Shown here: positions 40,549 to 52,210 of the stretch, in pieces
Layout: every line of letters begins with the position of its first letter
Position numbering within the stretch: position 1 is the first letter of the stretch
Origin: Octopus bimaculoides
Lineage: Eukaryota
Length of the DNA: 64,000 nt
Direction: 5' to 3'
NCBI RefSeq assembly: GCF_001194135.2
Contig: NC_068985.1
Coordinates: 99,500,989-99,564,988, forward strand
Translations under genes and position numbers: made by a program
Notes under the pieces: model-generated
The model's database searches: none
What the model saw: the letters and a program-made list of their open reading frames with translations, nothing else
What the model was told of the DNA's origin: nothing

Positions 40549-40590
40549 GTAATGATAATTATTATTATTATTATTATTATTATTATTTAC
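39741..40590 (+). mobile_element. 5'-truncated R4/Dong-clade non-LTR retrotransposon (CCHC plus restriction-like endonuclease) with (AAT)/(GAT) tail
   Basis: CRICGQSFETV*HISSQC, RRHDNIA, ENDNTSILW, RKPNIV..ID, VVPIIVGALG, LGTTPILRMVL; stop 40358-40360; tail from about 40438. Confidence 0.9.
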
Positions 40591-42851
40591 ATATTTGTTA
40601 GAAATATGGCATACTTTCGTCTCACACGTGTATTCTATTTGCTAGGCTTTTCCAAAGCTGCCGATTACTTCAGTTAATTCTTTTACACTGAGAATTATCT
40701 CTATTTATTTATTTATTTATTTATGTACTTGTTTGTTTATTTATTCACTGATTTATTTGCATACTCATCTACTTAATTTTTTATTGCCATTATCTTGACA
40801 GTGATTCATGCCAAATTAGAATCGTTACGTGCGTGTTGGGCTAACGTTGAGAATGAGTTAGATAATATGTACTTATCTTCATTTCAACATTTCAGATGAA
40901 TGTACGTTTATATATTTTACCTTTCAGATGTCATATTTTCGATTTCGGTCAGATGATGGTTCTTTTATATATTTTCTCCCGTCTTATATTTGATTTCTTT
41001 CATCGTATTTAATGTCCATATCGTTTAAATCAATTTTGGCTTGGCAGCTTATAACCTTCAGTTTGTTTTGTATAACATTATTTTGATTAAATATTCGATT
41101 GGAAAAAAATAATATTTCAAACTGTGAAATTAAAATTCTGACTTCAATCGACATTCATTGAGAAGGAACCCTTAAAATGCAAATCCAAATTTTAATTGAT
41201 TTCCCATTCAGATAAAATTTCAATTAAATGCTTTCTCTTCAGTCCCCAGTGCCTTCCATGAAGAAGAAAAGGAAGAAATAACTTTCATTTTATTAACATG
41301 AAATTTCCATAAAAAACAAAAAAAACAAAAACAAAACAAACTAAAAAGAAATATTCCTCTTGAACTACACGTTTCAGATTACAAGGAATATGGGCTAACT
41401 CCCAAAAACTTGTAATGGATCATTGGAGCGCCACCAAGGCCTTCGTTTCAATGTAGCATGCCATGCGAAGCCAACTTAGCTGAGCCTATCCCTTCGTAGG
41501 CTATTCAGCTGGAATGTAATACCACACAGCAGGGCTGGGTGTTCAAACGTGGATATTTGATTAAATAAAAATCCTTAATGGAAACAGAACATTATGTCAG
41601 ACTAACTGAGACGTCATTTCTTTTCATACAAATATCTACTGCATCTCTTAAAGGCATGAGTCCCTTTCACTCATAGTTGACTTCCCATGGAAATGCTTAA
41701 CAATCGGTATAAATAAATTACAAGGTGAATATCAAAGCCTGGGCAGAGCGTGTCTCCCTGAAATGTTCCACTTCTTGGTACACCTGTGGCTAATCTAAAC
41801 TAATTGGGATGATGTTTCTTAGAAACTAAGCTTAAAAGTAGCAATATACGATACTTTTCTTTTACTAAAGTAAGGTTTATATCCAATATCCCCACGCGTA
41901 AAACTGGTTCATGTTTTATAGTAGTAATTGGTAAGTTATGGTGGCAGTTATTCTACATGATGTGAAATTGACGCGTTGTTTTAATCCCGAATACATATTC
42001 GGCTAACGAAATATAATCCACAAAGAAAAGTGCCTTGCCAAGAAGTAAAAGTTCTGGCTGAAAAGTGGTTTGTTTGCGATTTGTTATCAATGCTGAGAGT
42101 GTTCATCGCTCAGTGTTCTGAAATATCAATGTTACACATGCTGCAATAATTAATGGGTAGCAAACAAAAGTTAACTCAGTACTATATTTAAAGTAAATGT
42201 TATAGTTTGTTTCACTTTTATTGCCTTGCTGAAACTCTACTATAAATATAGCATGGTGTAGTCCAAATGTAAACGAATCGTGTTATTCGCACAGTGATGC
42301 ATACATTTACTTAGTAAGGAAATAGAAATTAATTTGGTACATTGGTATGGGATAAATGAATACTGTTATTTTCAGACAAGGAACACAGACCCGAGAATAT
42401 ATTGAATGATTGCTTCCATGATTTTCAAGTTAAACTTTAGTGCGTAATTGAGGTGAAATACTTTCTTTCTTGAATTCAAAGCGCATCAAGAATTCACGGC
42501 ACCATGAAATAAATATTCGTTTCATTTCACTACCTATAACCACAAGTTTTCTAGTGGCGGTGTAAATTCGATAAATCAATATAACATATGAAAACATACC
42601 GTTAGTTTTGGCCACTTCATTATGTGTATAGCGTCACTGGAGCAGCAATGACAATCTTGTCTTTATACAGTACATCAAGAGATGAATTGTTTCGAATTTT
42701 CTTCTCCTCCGTTGCGACACTATATGGACCAACAGTATCTATGTGCTTGTAAAGTACGCCCTCAATATGCTTTGAAATATACGCTACCAGGCAGCCGAAC
42801 CCAGATCTTTATAATCTCTTACTTCGTTCGATAGAAATATCAAACTACATA

Positions 42852-43074
42852 AATTAGTACATTATTTACATTATTTACTATTGACGGATATTTGTCCTCA
42901 TTTTGTTGTTAACATAACGTTTCGGCTGATATACCCTCCAGCCTTCATTAGGTGTCTTGGGGAAATTTTGAACCTAGGTTCTCATTCCTGAGGTATTTTT
43001 CCATATTATTATTACTATTATTGTTATTATTATCATCATTGTTATCATTAGTATTATTGAGATCACTGCCTGGA
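42852..43074 (-). mobile_element. PLE family A pLTR, inverted copy truncated within the B-box region
   Basis: Minus strand tccaggcagtgatc-(AAT)-ggaaaaatacctcaggaatgagaacc-gacacCTAATGAaggctggagggtatatcagccGAAAcgttatgtt. Confidence 0.85.
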
Positions 43075-43075
43075 T

Positions 43076-44057
43076 GACCCACGGGCATATGGCGTAGTGG
43101 TTAAGAGCCCGGGCTACTAACCAAAGATTCTGAGTTCGAATCCAAGTAGTGACCTGAATAATAATAATAATAATACTACTACTACTACTAATAATAATAA
43201 TAATAATAATAAAACGATGGCAAGAAAAGCCCCTACATGGTAAATACTGGGCTAAACTAAATGCAAAATAAATAGACAGAGAAAAATCCCAGCAATGGCT
43301 GAGAAGCTCAGGACTCAAAGCAGAGACTGAAGGATTTTTAATTGCTGCACAAGACCAAAGCCTCCCCACCAGAAATTACCAAAAACATATAATGAAAAGA
43401 AANNNNNNNNNNNNNNNNNNNNNNNNNNNNNNNNNNNNNNNNNNNNNNNNNNNNNNNNNNNNNNNNNNNNNNNNNNNNNNNNNNNNNNNNNNNNNNNNNN
43501 NNNNNNNNNNNNNNNNNNNNNNNNNNNNNNNNNNNNNNNNNNNNNNNNNNNNNNNNNNNNNNNNNNNNNNNNNNNNNNNNNNNNNNNNNNNNNNNNNNNN
43601 NNNNNNNNNNNNNNNNNNNNNNNNNNNNNNNNNNNNNNNNNNNNNNNNNNNNNNNNNNNNNNNNNNNNNNNNNNNNNNNNNNNNNNNNNNNNNNNNNNNN
43701 NNNNNNAACTCGAATGTGGAATCTAAATACAGAAACAATTCCTATCATAGTAGGTGCCTTAGGTATAATAAAAAAAATATTCAGACAAATACATAACAAA
43801 AACACCAGGACCTACAAATATATAGAACATACAGAAAATTGTACTACTGGGCACTGCACACATCCTACGCAAAACACTTTCAATACAGTAACCATAAGAG
43901 CACCACAGCAAACCACAGCACATACCCAAGGCGCACAGAGCTGCGCTCGGTAGTGAAGTGAAAGCACGTTATAAAAATAAAACTACTGAATAATAATAAT
44001 AATAATAAGAAGAAGAATAATGACAACAACAACATCGAAAATACCAAAAGAATGAGA
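43076..44057 (+). mobile_element. PLE family A pLTR (direct) split at its (AAT)n by an R4/Dong insertion
   Basis: A box 43090-43100, B box 43132-43143, (AAT)n to about 43212; pLTR resumes aacatcgaaaatacc...aatgagaa at 44030-44057. Confidence 0.8.
43213..43990 (+). mobile_element. 5'-truncated R4/Dong-clade element (second subfamily)
   Basis: [47 protein letters not shown] [gap] MWNLNTETIPIIVGALG..IQKIVLLGTAHILRKTLSIQ* (stop 43889-43891); (AAT)n on both sides. Confidence 0.9.
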
Positions 44058-44073
44058 AAGAAAAACACCTCAG

Positions 44074-44450
44074 AGTTCTATATTTTAGAGATTAGGAATT
44101 ATGTACATTATTTACATTTGACTGATATTTATCCTCATCTTGTTTGTTGTTAACACAACGTTTCGGCTGATATATAACCTCCAGAGAAATTTCGAAACGG
44201 AGTTCTCATTTCTATGGTATTTTTCGATGTTATTATTATTATTATTCAGGTCACCACCTGGAATCGAACTCGGAATCTTGGGATGAGTAGCCTGTGCACC
44301 TAACCACTACGCTATAATGCCCGTGGAGTGAATTATGGAGTGAATTTTAGGGCTTATAAATCTAATACTTTCTTATCCTTCCTTAGTACCGGCTCCCATA
44401 TGCTACTCATTTCTGCGCTCGGTCTGCTTAGAAGGTTGTTGCGTCCTAGC
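44074..44450 (-). mobile_element. Inverted PLE family A 3' end (ORF C-terminus plus pLTR, hammerhead core deleted)
   Basis: 44446-44354 encodes GRNNLLSRPSAEMSSIWEPVLRKDKKVLDL*, followed by tRNA-like head, (AAT)n and cagccGAAAcgttgtgtt. Confidence 0.85.
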
Positions 44451-44540
44451 TCATTAACAATGTATTAAGCAACAACTGTCCCCAAAACATACTAGCCTCT
44501 CCAATTATGAAGAAAAGGAGGATGAAATCAATAACTATCC

Positions 44541-44935
44541 ACAGTCTGTCTACCATATGTGAAAGATCTCGCCGAAAGGATACAAAAGACATGAAGACAG
44601 TATTGAAGTAATACGACATTTCGCAAGTATCTCCTTCGAGTAAAACTAACAGCAGAAGAGTATATGACTAAAAACTGCGTGTACTCCCTCCCATGCAACT
44701 GTGGTAGGTTATACAAAGGCAAAAGTTGCCGCCCCTTCACAAAACTGTGACACGAGAAGATATTGATAAATCAGCTATAGCTGATCATGTATGGAAAAAT
44801 GGAGATCAGCTCCACCTGTGGGATGAATTTAAATAATAGACAGTGAACACCACTGGAAAATACGAAAACTAATAGAAGCAGCACAAATGCCAGGACACTG
44901 TATTAAGGAAGGATAGGAAAATATTAGATTTATAA
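44541..44935 (+). pseudogene. Penelope-like element linker plus GIY-YIG endonuclease, decayed
   Basis: VCLPYVKDLAERIQK; CVYSLPCNCGRLYKGKSCRP (44676-44735); KSAIADHVW..H.WDEF; IIDSEHHWKIRKLIEAA; LRKDRKILDL* (stop 44933-44935); frameshifts and deletions. Confidence 0.85.
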
Positions 44936-45200
44936 GCGCTAAAATTCACTCCATAATTGCCCAGGAGCATATGGCGTAGTGGTTAAGATCGCGGGCTACT
45001 TACCCCAAGAGTCCGAGTTCGATTTCTGGCAGTGACCCGAATAATAATATTAATAACAACGAAAAATGCCTTATGAATTAGAATCCCGGTTCGAAATTTC
45101 CCCCAAAACACCTAATGAAGGCTGAAGTGTATATCATCCGAAACATTGTGTTAACAACAAGCAAGACGAGAAAAAATAACCGTGAAATGTTTGAAATATT
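44936..45200 (+). mobile_element. PLE family A pLTR: tRNA-like Pol III cassette, (AAT)n, hammerhead, tail
   Basis: A box tggcgtagtgg 44972-44982; B box gagttcgatttc 45015-45026; aacacCTAATGAaggctg..catccGAAAcattgtgtt 45107-45152. Confidence 0.85.
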
Positions 45201-46639
45201 TGAAAAACATACCAATGAAGATTCCCCATATATATTATTAATAAAGAAATGCAAATAAGATATGTTGACGTCTTTATTGCTTAGAATCTGTAACAGTGCA
45301 TTTTTGAGCGACTCATGAGCATAATGTTCATCGATTTTAAAATTGTAGGGTGTGATTGTAGATTATTTAGTTGCTATTACCTGCAAGTTGACTGGAAGCA
45401 CAGCTGTTCTTTTAGCGAACTTAAATATTCGCGTATTTCCTAACATATATGAATGCTACAAAACCTATTTCCTAATACACAATAGGTATCGGTTTTCGAT
45501 AGAAATTATGATGTATATAAAGTTAAAGTCAATGATAAAATATCTAGGCTTTCTGCCGTCCATAACAGGTTCAATCTAAATGATGCATTACTTAAAACGT
45601 AAACAACAATGCTGCTTTGTTCGAAGTTGTTTATTAATAATGAAATTCGTAGACTTCCAATTATAATTATTATGATATACTATGCTGAATATATTTCTTT
45701 TGACTCTTTTCTATTGACAAAAGCCGAGTTCAAAAGCATAATACCGATAAGTAGAGAATAAAAGCAAACACTTTACTCTGTTCGAAATTGTTTCATCTTA
45801 ACTTTCATCATTAGTTCAAATATTTTACGAAATAAATAAGTTTGTAAAAGACCTGAAAATATTGCTTGATCTTTTGCATAGATATGCTGATAGGTTTCTA
45901 ATATATCAAATAAATGAAATCCTTTCTATTATAGAAGTCACGATTGAGTTTAATGTATCAGGAACTCTGTGCACAACAGAGCTAGAGTGTGTAGCTATAA
46001 CGTTATAGCTATAGTGTGTAGTTATAAAGTTAGAAAGTACACAGCAAGAGAAGTTACAAGCGAAAGATATGAGTGGTTTGGTGTTTTGCAGCGCATATCG
46101 CAATACGATAACGCTAGACTTACGCATATATATTCAATCGAGTATAGCTGCAGCATATTGTAATGTATTTACAGAGATATTCAGTCCTCATATATCGACA
46201 TGAAACATTGTCTAAGCTAAAATCTTCATCTAGGTTGTTGAAAACTCTCCTTGGAATATCAGCCTCATTTACGTAGAAAAAACATAAACAAAAAACATGG
46301 TTATTTCCTTAAACGATTTACATTTCAATATTGCATTAAATACATCGTTCTTTAAAAATAAAAGCAAGATGTAACAGTTGAAGCATATGTCATCATGTAT
46401 CCGCTTGATCATTGAATAAAAGAGAACACAAATATGAAAAGCTGCTTACTTTTGTCAGGTTGACGTTCATTTTTTTTATTTTCAATATTAAAAATAGTTA
46501 AATAAAGATACAATTACAAATAATCGTTTTACATTGATATTAGAGAGAAATTTTTAGCCCTTGTAGTCCAGGCTTTTCCCAGCTAGAAGCGACTTGAGGC
46601 AAGCCTCAGGCATCAATCTACCGACCAGAGAAGTCTAAT

Positions 46640-47365
46640 TATGTCGTATTGCCATTGGGTGCCTCATTGCCAGTGCTCCTCCCTTGTTCATCGATTTTTG
46701 CGATGGCTGAAATGAAGGGGCAGCATGCTTTCATGTAACTCCGTTTTTCGCTGGGGAAAACGGCAGCCAAAACAGGTTTCATGCTTGAAACAACTTACAA
46801 GGACGCTGTTATTAGCAAAACATAAGTTTACGAGTGGTTTTCACACTTTATGAATGGTCACTTGTCATTTGAAGAACAACTTCATTCAGGTCAACGATCG
46901 TTCTCCCGAAAAAATGAAAACATCACGAAAATCAATGAGTTGGTCTTGGATGATCGTCGCCTAACAATTGATAAAATTGGGGACATGACTGTTGTGTTCT
47001 GGTTCTCATTCTTACGAATTTTTGGCGAGGAATTGCGAATGAAAAGAGTTACTGCAATATTTGTGCCACACTTGCTTATGATCTTACTACTTTCAACATA
47101 TTTTGGGTTCCCCCACAGAGAAAAAAATGTTCTTAAACTTAAACGTTTTGCAGATGTGGAAGAGGTGAAAAAAAAAAAAACGACAGAGGCGTTGCAAGGC
47201 ATCACTTCGCAAAAAAATTAGGACTCTTTTGAACAATGGAAAACGCGTCTAAACCGACGCATTGTTTCAAATAGGGAGTATTTTGAAGGTGATAAAAGTG
47301 TAAATGTGTAAATCTAAAACAAAAAGACTGAATAAAATAATATTGCAAAGTTCCGTTTTATTATA
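46640..47365 (+). mobile_element. Internally deleted mariner element
   Basis: ATG at 46703: LGKTAA..ML...Y.D..ISKT.VYEWF..F..G......HSG; DRRLTI; LRMKRVTAIFVPHLL (VPHLL box); then RFADVEEVK..EQWKTRL..REYFEGD; catalytic core missing. Confidence 0.85.
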
Positions 47366-47489
47366 TGTGTGAGTATGTGTATTTGATGGTGTGTGTGTCT
47401 GTGTCTGTATGTGTTTCTATTTATATGTATTTATATATATGTATATCTATTTATACATACATATATATAAATATGCATATATATATACG

Positions 47490-47585
<96 letters not shown>

Positions 47586-47591
47586 CATACT

Positions 47592-47628
<37 letters not shown>

Positions 47629-48506
47629 ATGTGTGTGTGTTTGTACATACATGCGCGTAACACAGTATCCTACTTTTAACTCATTAGTTTATTAATACAC
47701 ACAAACATCTTTGAGTATTTGAATATTGGGCAATATATATTCACTGCCATGCCTTTGGTGCACATCGATGCCTTATCTCCATCTTCTGCGAATATTAAAC
47801 GTAGACTTTAAGTCATCGTAGTTCCTAGCAGTGTTTAGTAAATGCATTCTGGGACAGTAGCCTAACGTAAGTAATCTACGTAGTAAAAAAAAAATGACCA
47901 ACGTATTTGTTGCTTGTGATTTGATTTATAAAATGGGTTCTCTATAATTTATTAAATGAGAAACAAAATTCAATATATTTAATTAAACTTTTAACACGAA
48001 TATTAGGCCGGTTTAAGATAACACAGTGTAACATTGTGAGTGAAAATATGTTTCCAAAACCTTATGGAAGGTGTTTCTATATCTTTATATATTTGTCGAT
48101 AATTTTGAATTTATATTGACTGTTCTCTTCCAACCTCATGTAATATTTATGTTCCAATCTCTTAAAATAGCTCTCCTTCTTTGCAGTTATCTCTGTGGAA
48201 TTGTATTGCTCACATTCTGATTTATAGTTCACAGAATTATTTATTTACTCAGTTTCCGTCCCCTTCAGCGTGGAGAAAAACCGTAGTTGACTTCAATGCA
48301 GGCATTGCATTATGAGCTCTAAAATGTATGTCCTCTGCATAAGATTTGCTATCGATATTCAAACGAATATTTACATGCTGCCACCCCCAGTCAGGGCGAC
48401 GACGCCGGAGGCTTGATAATATTTTTCATTGATAAACGTAGTGAATGTGTTCGGGCTCTAAATACAAATGTCAAATGAAATTCGCTCCCTTTTATTTATA
48501 ACTCAG

Positions 48507-48556
<50 letters not shown>

Positions 48557-49975
48557 TATCTGTTGAGTGTAATATGTTGGTGATCTGGTAATTTGAATCG
48601 CCATTTGAATTGTCGTACNNNNNNNNNNNNNNNNNNNNNNNNNNNNNNNNNNNNNNNNNNNNNNNNNNNNNNNNNNNNNNNNNNNNNNNNNNNNNNNNNN
48701 NNNNNNNNNNNNNNNNNNNNNNNNNNNNNNNNNNNNNNNNNNNNNNNNNNNNNNNNNNNNNNNNNNNNNNNNNNNNNNNNNNNNNNNNNNNNNNNNNNNN
48801 NNNNNNNNNNNNNNNNNNNNNNNNNNNNNNNNNNNNNNNNNNNNNNNNNNNNNNNNNNNNNNNNNNNNNNNNNNNNNNNNNNNNNNNNNNNNNNNNNNNN
48901 NNNNNNNNNNNNNNNNNNNNNNNNNNNNNNNNNNNNNNNNNNNNNNNNNNNNNNNNNNNNNNNNNNNNNNNNNNNNNNNNNNNNNNNNNNNNNNNNNNNN
49001 NNNNNNNNNNNNNNNNNNNNNNNNNNNNNNNNNNNNNNNNNNNNNNNNNNNNNNNNNNNNNNNNNNNNNNNNNNNNNNNNNNNNNNNNNNNNNNNNNNNN
49101 NNNNNNNNNNNNNNNNNNNNNNNNNNNNNNNNNNNNNNNNNNNNNNNNNNNNNNNNNNNNNNNNNNNNNNNNNNNNNNNNNNNNNNNNNNNNNNNNNNNN
49201 NNNNNNNNNNNNNNNNNNNNNNNNNNNNNNNNNNNNNNNNNNNNNNNNNNNNNNNNNNNNNNNNNNNNNNNNNTATATATATATATATATGCATGTTAAT
49301 ACAAGGCCCACATTAGACTCCTCACTCGTATGACCATCGAACCAAGAGTCTAACTACGGTCTGTATACACACACGTACATACATATGTGTGTGTGCCTAT
49401 GTAAACCTCTAAATGTTATGAAGTAAGGAAAAAGCAAAAAATATACCCTTTATGAGAAACTTCCTGGCTAGTTTTATATTAACTTTGTATATTGAACTAA
49501 AGCCACTATTCAAATTATAAAAGCATCTACCAGTAGGACTCTATAAGGACATATATCCACGGCATTTATACGATTCTATTTTCTGTCTCTTTCTCTAGCT
49601 CCCTGGTTGCTGCTGTTTCGTTCTCTAATAATTCATGTCACATATTGTCATTTGAGAACAGGTTTTTATCGTTTCATTTTGCTCGCTTTCAATGATGTTT
49701 ACTTAAATGACAGCCTCAAGTAGTATGTTCGAAATGTACTTCACTAATAAATAAATAAGTCTCAGCATGTTTCCAATGATTTATAATTGATATTAAAGAG
49801 CTATTTATGTAAACATGCAATCGTAGAGAAGTTCACATTTATAATACCATAATACCAAGCAACCAAAACTAACTATATCTCAATTTCCAACTTTCTGTTA
49901 TCAACATTATGAGAACACACATTTTTTTTTTGTTTCCCTATATTCTCTCTCTTTTTACTTACACATCTATGTTGT

Positions 49976-50085
49976 AGGCTATAGTAGAAGACTAGGAGAC
50001 ACTTCCCCAAGGGGTCACGCAGTGGGACTGAATCCGGGACCATGTGATTCGTAAGCAAGCTACTTACCACACAGCTACTCCTACG

Positions 50086-50088
<3 letters not shown>
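49976..50088 (-). mobile_element. SINE-A head fragment
   Basis: aggctatagtagaagac...cacgcagtgggactgaatccgggaccatgtg...tacttaccacacagctactcct. Confidence 0.85.
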
Positions 50089-50120
<32 letters not shown>

Positions 50121-50657
50121 TCTTCGGTGTGAAAGAGTCAATATGCACCGTGGGTAGAGGTGGCGCATAATATTATCCAAAAACATGTCCCCAGTACCCG
50201 AATTGTAATCGATATTCAGCTGCATATGAGTATTGCAATTTCCTTCCAAAAAATTCTCACTTGCGATTTGAAAATATTAATCACAGAAACCATTCCGACA
50301 AAAACGAATTACATAATGCATACAAGTTGTCGAAAGTATACATGATCGTGGTGTGTATTGACAGCTTCCTCATTGGCCAGCTATCAACTGAAATGTATAC
50401 TAAAATCTGATATGTCGATTACCCTTTTTTTGCTACGCATGAGCAACTAACCTGAAGTCTGAACTAAGAAATTAAAATTTTATACAGACGATAGTACCCC
50501 AAACACACACTTATTCTCCCCAGCAATTTTTCAATGTGAAATGTCTCCCATATGCAACTGGGATATTTCAAAAGTATCTTCTTCGGCATTAAGAAGGAAG
50601 TGACACACACACACAGAGACACACGCACAAAAACACACAGACACGCAGACAAATATG

Positions 50658-50718
<61 letters not shown>

Positions 50719-51954
50719 CAGCAATACGATATAACACCTATACACATTTAAACGCATTCACGTAGAGACGCAGACTGTGTAAGTCATAAACTGCCATACA
50801 TATACACACTCATACATACTATGTTTCTCCACATTTCTCCACATTTGTGCGTATGTGCGACTTTGCGGGCGTATGTGTGTTTCTTTCGGTTTATTCATTT
50901 GTAATTGTAAACTGGGGTTTAGAAAAACCTTCTAGGATCTATATATCAGTTGATGCAAACACCCTCCTAATCCGATGTACTGTGAATTTATGGTAAACAA
51001 ATGCCTTTCCAATTACGTAAGCGCTTTGGCAATTCCGATCAAAGCAAACACTTTCCTTTATTTGCGATTGAAAACATCTGTAATCACAGAATATATTCCC
51101 CATATCAAAATCACTCATGCATGTACAAATTGCTTTTATCTTAATTCTGGCATAATGAAGAAGAAACACAACTCCTAGTATTCTGTTTTATTTTACACAT
51201 ACACACACAACACGTGCACAGTAATACATACATATTGATGCACATAGTCATGGATACATGCAAAACACACACATGCTCGTTTATACACATATATACATAT
51301 ACATAATTATATGTATCAATTTACATAAATATATACGCATATAATTGTCGATATATATGAAGGACATTTTCATAAAGAGAATTAACGTATCAGAGAGAAC
51401 AATTACAGCGGAAATATATATCTTGCCAGGAAGATATTAGGATTGCCCGTCAAATAGGCACATATATTCACTGGAATACTACTACTTGGTCAATATCCCT
51501 TGCATTATATGGAAAAATATCCAAAGAATATAGCTAAATTAAGTTAACATAATGAGTATGTTCCGCCTCAGCTAGTATCTTAGAATTATCTTCCTTCTGA
51601 TAACAATCAATTTATTTGTTTACATCCCAAGTGAAGTGACAAAGAAGCTTAAATTGAGCCTCTCTGTGAAATTTGTGTCCCAAGTTAAATAACGAAATAA
51701 TTCGTCACTGTTCGCCAGGAGTTTTCATTTCATACCATCACATAGGGATATTAGTCAAGATTAACTGAATCGGTTGTAATGTGGACTGTGTACCGCTTAC
51801 ATCGAAAACTAATTGCCAATAGCAGTGATATACCTTCGCTTTGGTTACTCTCCCAATTGAAGCAATATGCGTATCTCTACGTCTGCACATTCTACATCAA
51901 GAACCAATCGACACATTCAATCCACCCCGATCCCCACAAATGTTCCCCACATGT

Positions 51955-52210
51955 CAGACGGCCCACGGCTCTTTAATATGCTTCCAAAATGCCCGAGAGA
52001 CTTGCATGATGAGGACGTAAGTGTGTTTACAACAAAACTGGGTTTCTTCTTGTTACGGTCTCACGGCAGGAAACACAGACGAGGGCAGCAGCATCAAACT
52101 CCCTCATTAACCAAATGCCACATATCAGAGGAAGTTCCAAATAATGGTGTAGCTCAGTTAATGGTGGTGCTCCAGCATGACCGCAGCTTTGCAGTTGAAG
52201 CACTTTAAAA
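51955..52210 (+). mobile_element. CR1-like LINE 3' end, internally deleted
   Basis: GPRLFNMLPKCPRDLH..DVSVF..KL; RAAASNSLINQ in a second frame; 3' UTR ggtggtgctccagcatgaccgcagc as at 33657-33682. Confidence 0.75.

Noticed and set aside
43083-43156. Functional tRNA-Ser(ACT) gene
   Set aside because: Acceptor and T stems pair poorly, copies are diverged, and each is embedded in a pLTR; treated as a tRNA-derived cassette, as are the other SINE heads
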